The notes below the pieces were generated by a model. It did no database searches. It worked only from the letters and a program-made list of their open reading frames with translations, and was not told the DNA's origin. Below are positions 62,498 through 64,000 of a DNA stretch of 64,000 bases, one piece after another. Source of the stretch: Podarcis melisellensis (taxonomy: Eukaryota); the NCBI GenBank assembly GCA_964234715.1, contig OZ174290.1; one strand, 5' to 3'. Numbering within the stretch: the stretch's first letter is position 1; each line of letters starts with the position of its first letter. The position numbers were made by a program, and so were the translations under genes.

Positions 62498-63499
62498 TAC
62501 CTGACACTCAGGAAGATATCCCAGTTGAGGAGGAGGGGGGTCTTCTTTTGCCGGCTGTGGCTGTAGCTTTGTCCCTTTCCTGGAAGTCCTGTGGGGGCTG
62601 CTGCTGCCTGATGTGCTCTGGGCCTCTGGAAGTCACTCTTTTGAACAGCTGTGCAGCCCGTTGTGTAACACAGAGCAGGGAGGGGGTTGATGGACTCCAG
62701 ATGTTGCAGGGTCTCTGCCAGCATATTTGGACTGTGGGAAAAAGGGGGAATCTGGCCGGCACTCCTGATCTCCATCACCCGCCCCCCTCCTCCAAGCTGA
62801 ATGATTGCCAGCTCCACACAAGGTGGTGGGTGGGCCACAACTTCACCTGCGGTGGAGCTGGGACCCAGAAGGATGTCTTAGCTGACCCTGCCCGGTCTGT
62901 CTGCCCCCAGCCCATGACTCGGTACAGGAAACTGGGCTAGGAAAATCCCTGGGACTGTCTCTGGCCCAGATTCTGCCTCTAGACATTTCCTGGTCCTCAC
63001 GCTTCCTTTCCTGCTCCTCTTCTTTTCCCCATACCTTTCTTTCTGAATCAGGCAGCTGGGAGAGTCCAGGCAGAGCTGTTGTGTTGCCTCCCAGTGCCCA
63101 GACACCAAAAGGAGGGGACTCCCTGTTTCTTCCCTCACCTGTGGAAGGTCAGACTGCAGGTGGTTCAGGAAGGACCACAAGAGCAGGTCCACATGGACTC
63201 AGCTGCCCTGCTGCATCCTCTTTTCCAGCAATCTCACCTCCTGCAGGAAAATACCTCTGGGTACCGGCTGCTTACTAGGGCAAAGGAGTCTTTGTCCTCT
63301 ACCTCCACTGGGTGTTGCGCCCAGGGCAGCAAGACTGGGAGAGGGAGCTGCCTTGCCCGTTAGTTCCATCTAGCTCAGTACTGTCCACACAGACAGGCTG
63401 CAGCTCTCCAGGATTTCAGACGCAGGGCCCTCGCTGGAAGTGCAGACTGAATCTGTCACCTTAGCATGTCAAGCAGCTGGTGCCACTAAGCTGCAGTCT

Positions 63500-64000
63500 C
63501 TCTCCATTGCGACCAGGAGATCTCCCGTCTCCTCCGTACTCCCGAGAAGGAGGAGGCCACCCTCCCTCGGAGCACGTGCCGCTGCCAAGGGACCAGACGG
63601 GGCGTCGAAGTCAGGCGCAGCCAGCCAGCCAGTTGCGCCCCGGCACCTCTCTTGATCCAGCCCTTTGTTCAGGCTCTCCTCCAGCGGCGGCGGCGGCGGC
63701 TCGGGTTGCAGCCAGCGAGCAGCACCTCTCCGGTTTCCAGCCCTGCCTGCTCCTCCTCCTCCTCGGGCACAAGCCGGGGGGCACTGCCAGTCCCCGGGCG
63801 GGCGGCATCCGGCGTGCCTGGCAGGTCACGCGCCGGGCAGCGGCTCATCCCAGCCTGGCACAGAGCGCCCCAGGAAGGGCGGCGAACAAAGGCCAGGCCC
63901 GGGGAGAAGGGGCGGGGGCTTCTCCGGCTCGCCCTCCTCCTCGGGCTGAGGCGGAGGGACGGCCCCTCGCCGAGGAAAGAGGAGTCCGGTCTGGGCGAGG
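63500..64000. promoter_or_regulatory. CpG island, probably the promoter/5' end of the next gene (PHLDB1 by human synteny)
   Basis: Sharp rise in GC and CpG, (GGC)n tract and GC boxes. No recognisable coding sequence; gene identity is an inference from synteny only. Confidence 0.6.

Noticed and set aside
63440-63949. ORFs at the window end as a PHLDB1 coding exon
   Set aside because: No recognisable PHLDB1 peptide; treated only as CpG island or 5' region.

Overview
Vertebrate genomic DNA, most likely from a squamate and probably a lacertid lizard (inferred from Sauria-SINE, BovB and CR1 content). It carries the conserved gene block KMT2A(+) - TTC36(+) - TMEM25(+) - IFT46(-) - ARCN1(+) and ends in a CpG island where PHLDB1 would be expected by human synteny. 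All splice junctions were walked by hand and each gene gives an intact reading frame. KMT2A exons 2-36 give 11,493 coding nt (exon 1 lies upstream of the window). TTC36 is 198 aa, TMEM25 366 aa, IFT46 362 aa and ARCN1 510 aa. IFT46 and ARCN1 share a ~0.4 kb bidirectional CpG promoter. Introns and intergenic DNA hold Sauria SINEs, CR1/L2 fragments, a BovB fragment, and Tc1/mariner- and hAT-type MITEs. I found no new gene or novel system. The best leads are: a 60-aa N-terminal extension of IFT46 in which the mammalian start Met position is a CTG; non-canonical splicing in KMT2A (a GC donor, a GAG acceptor, a stop-free in-frame intron); paired miR-302/430-family and Pumilio sites in the KMT2A 3'UTR; a three-layer nested transposon cluster; and TE insertions ending just outside 3' splice signals. 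Comparisons with human are from memory and need confirming by alignment.
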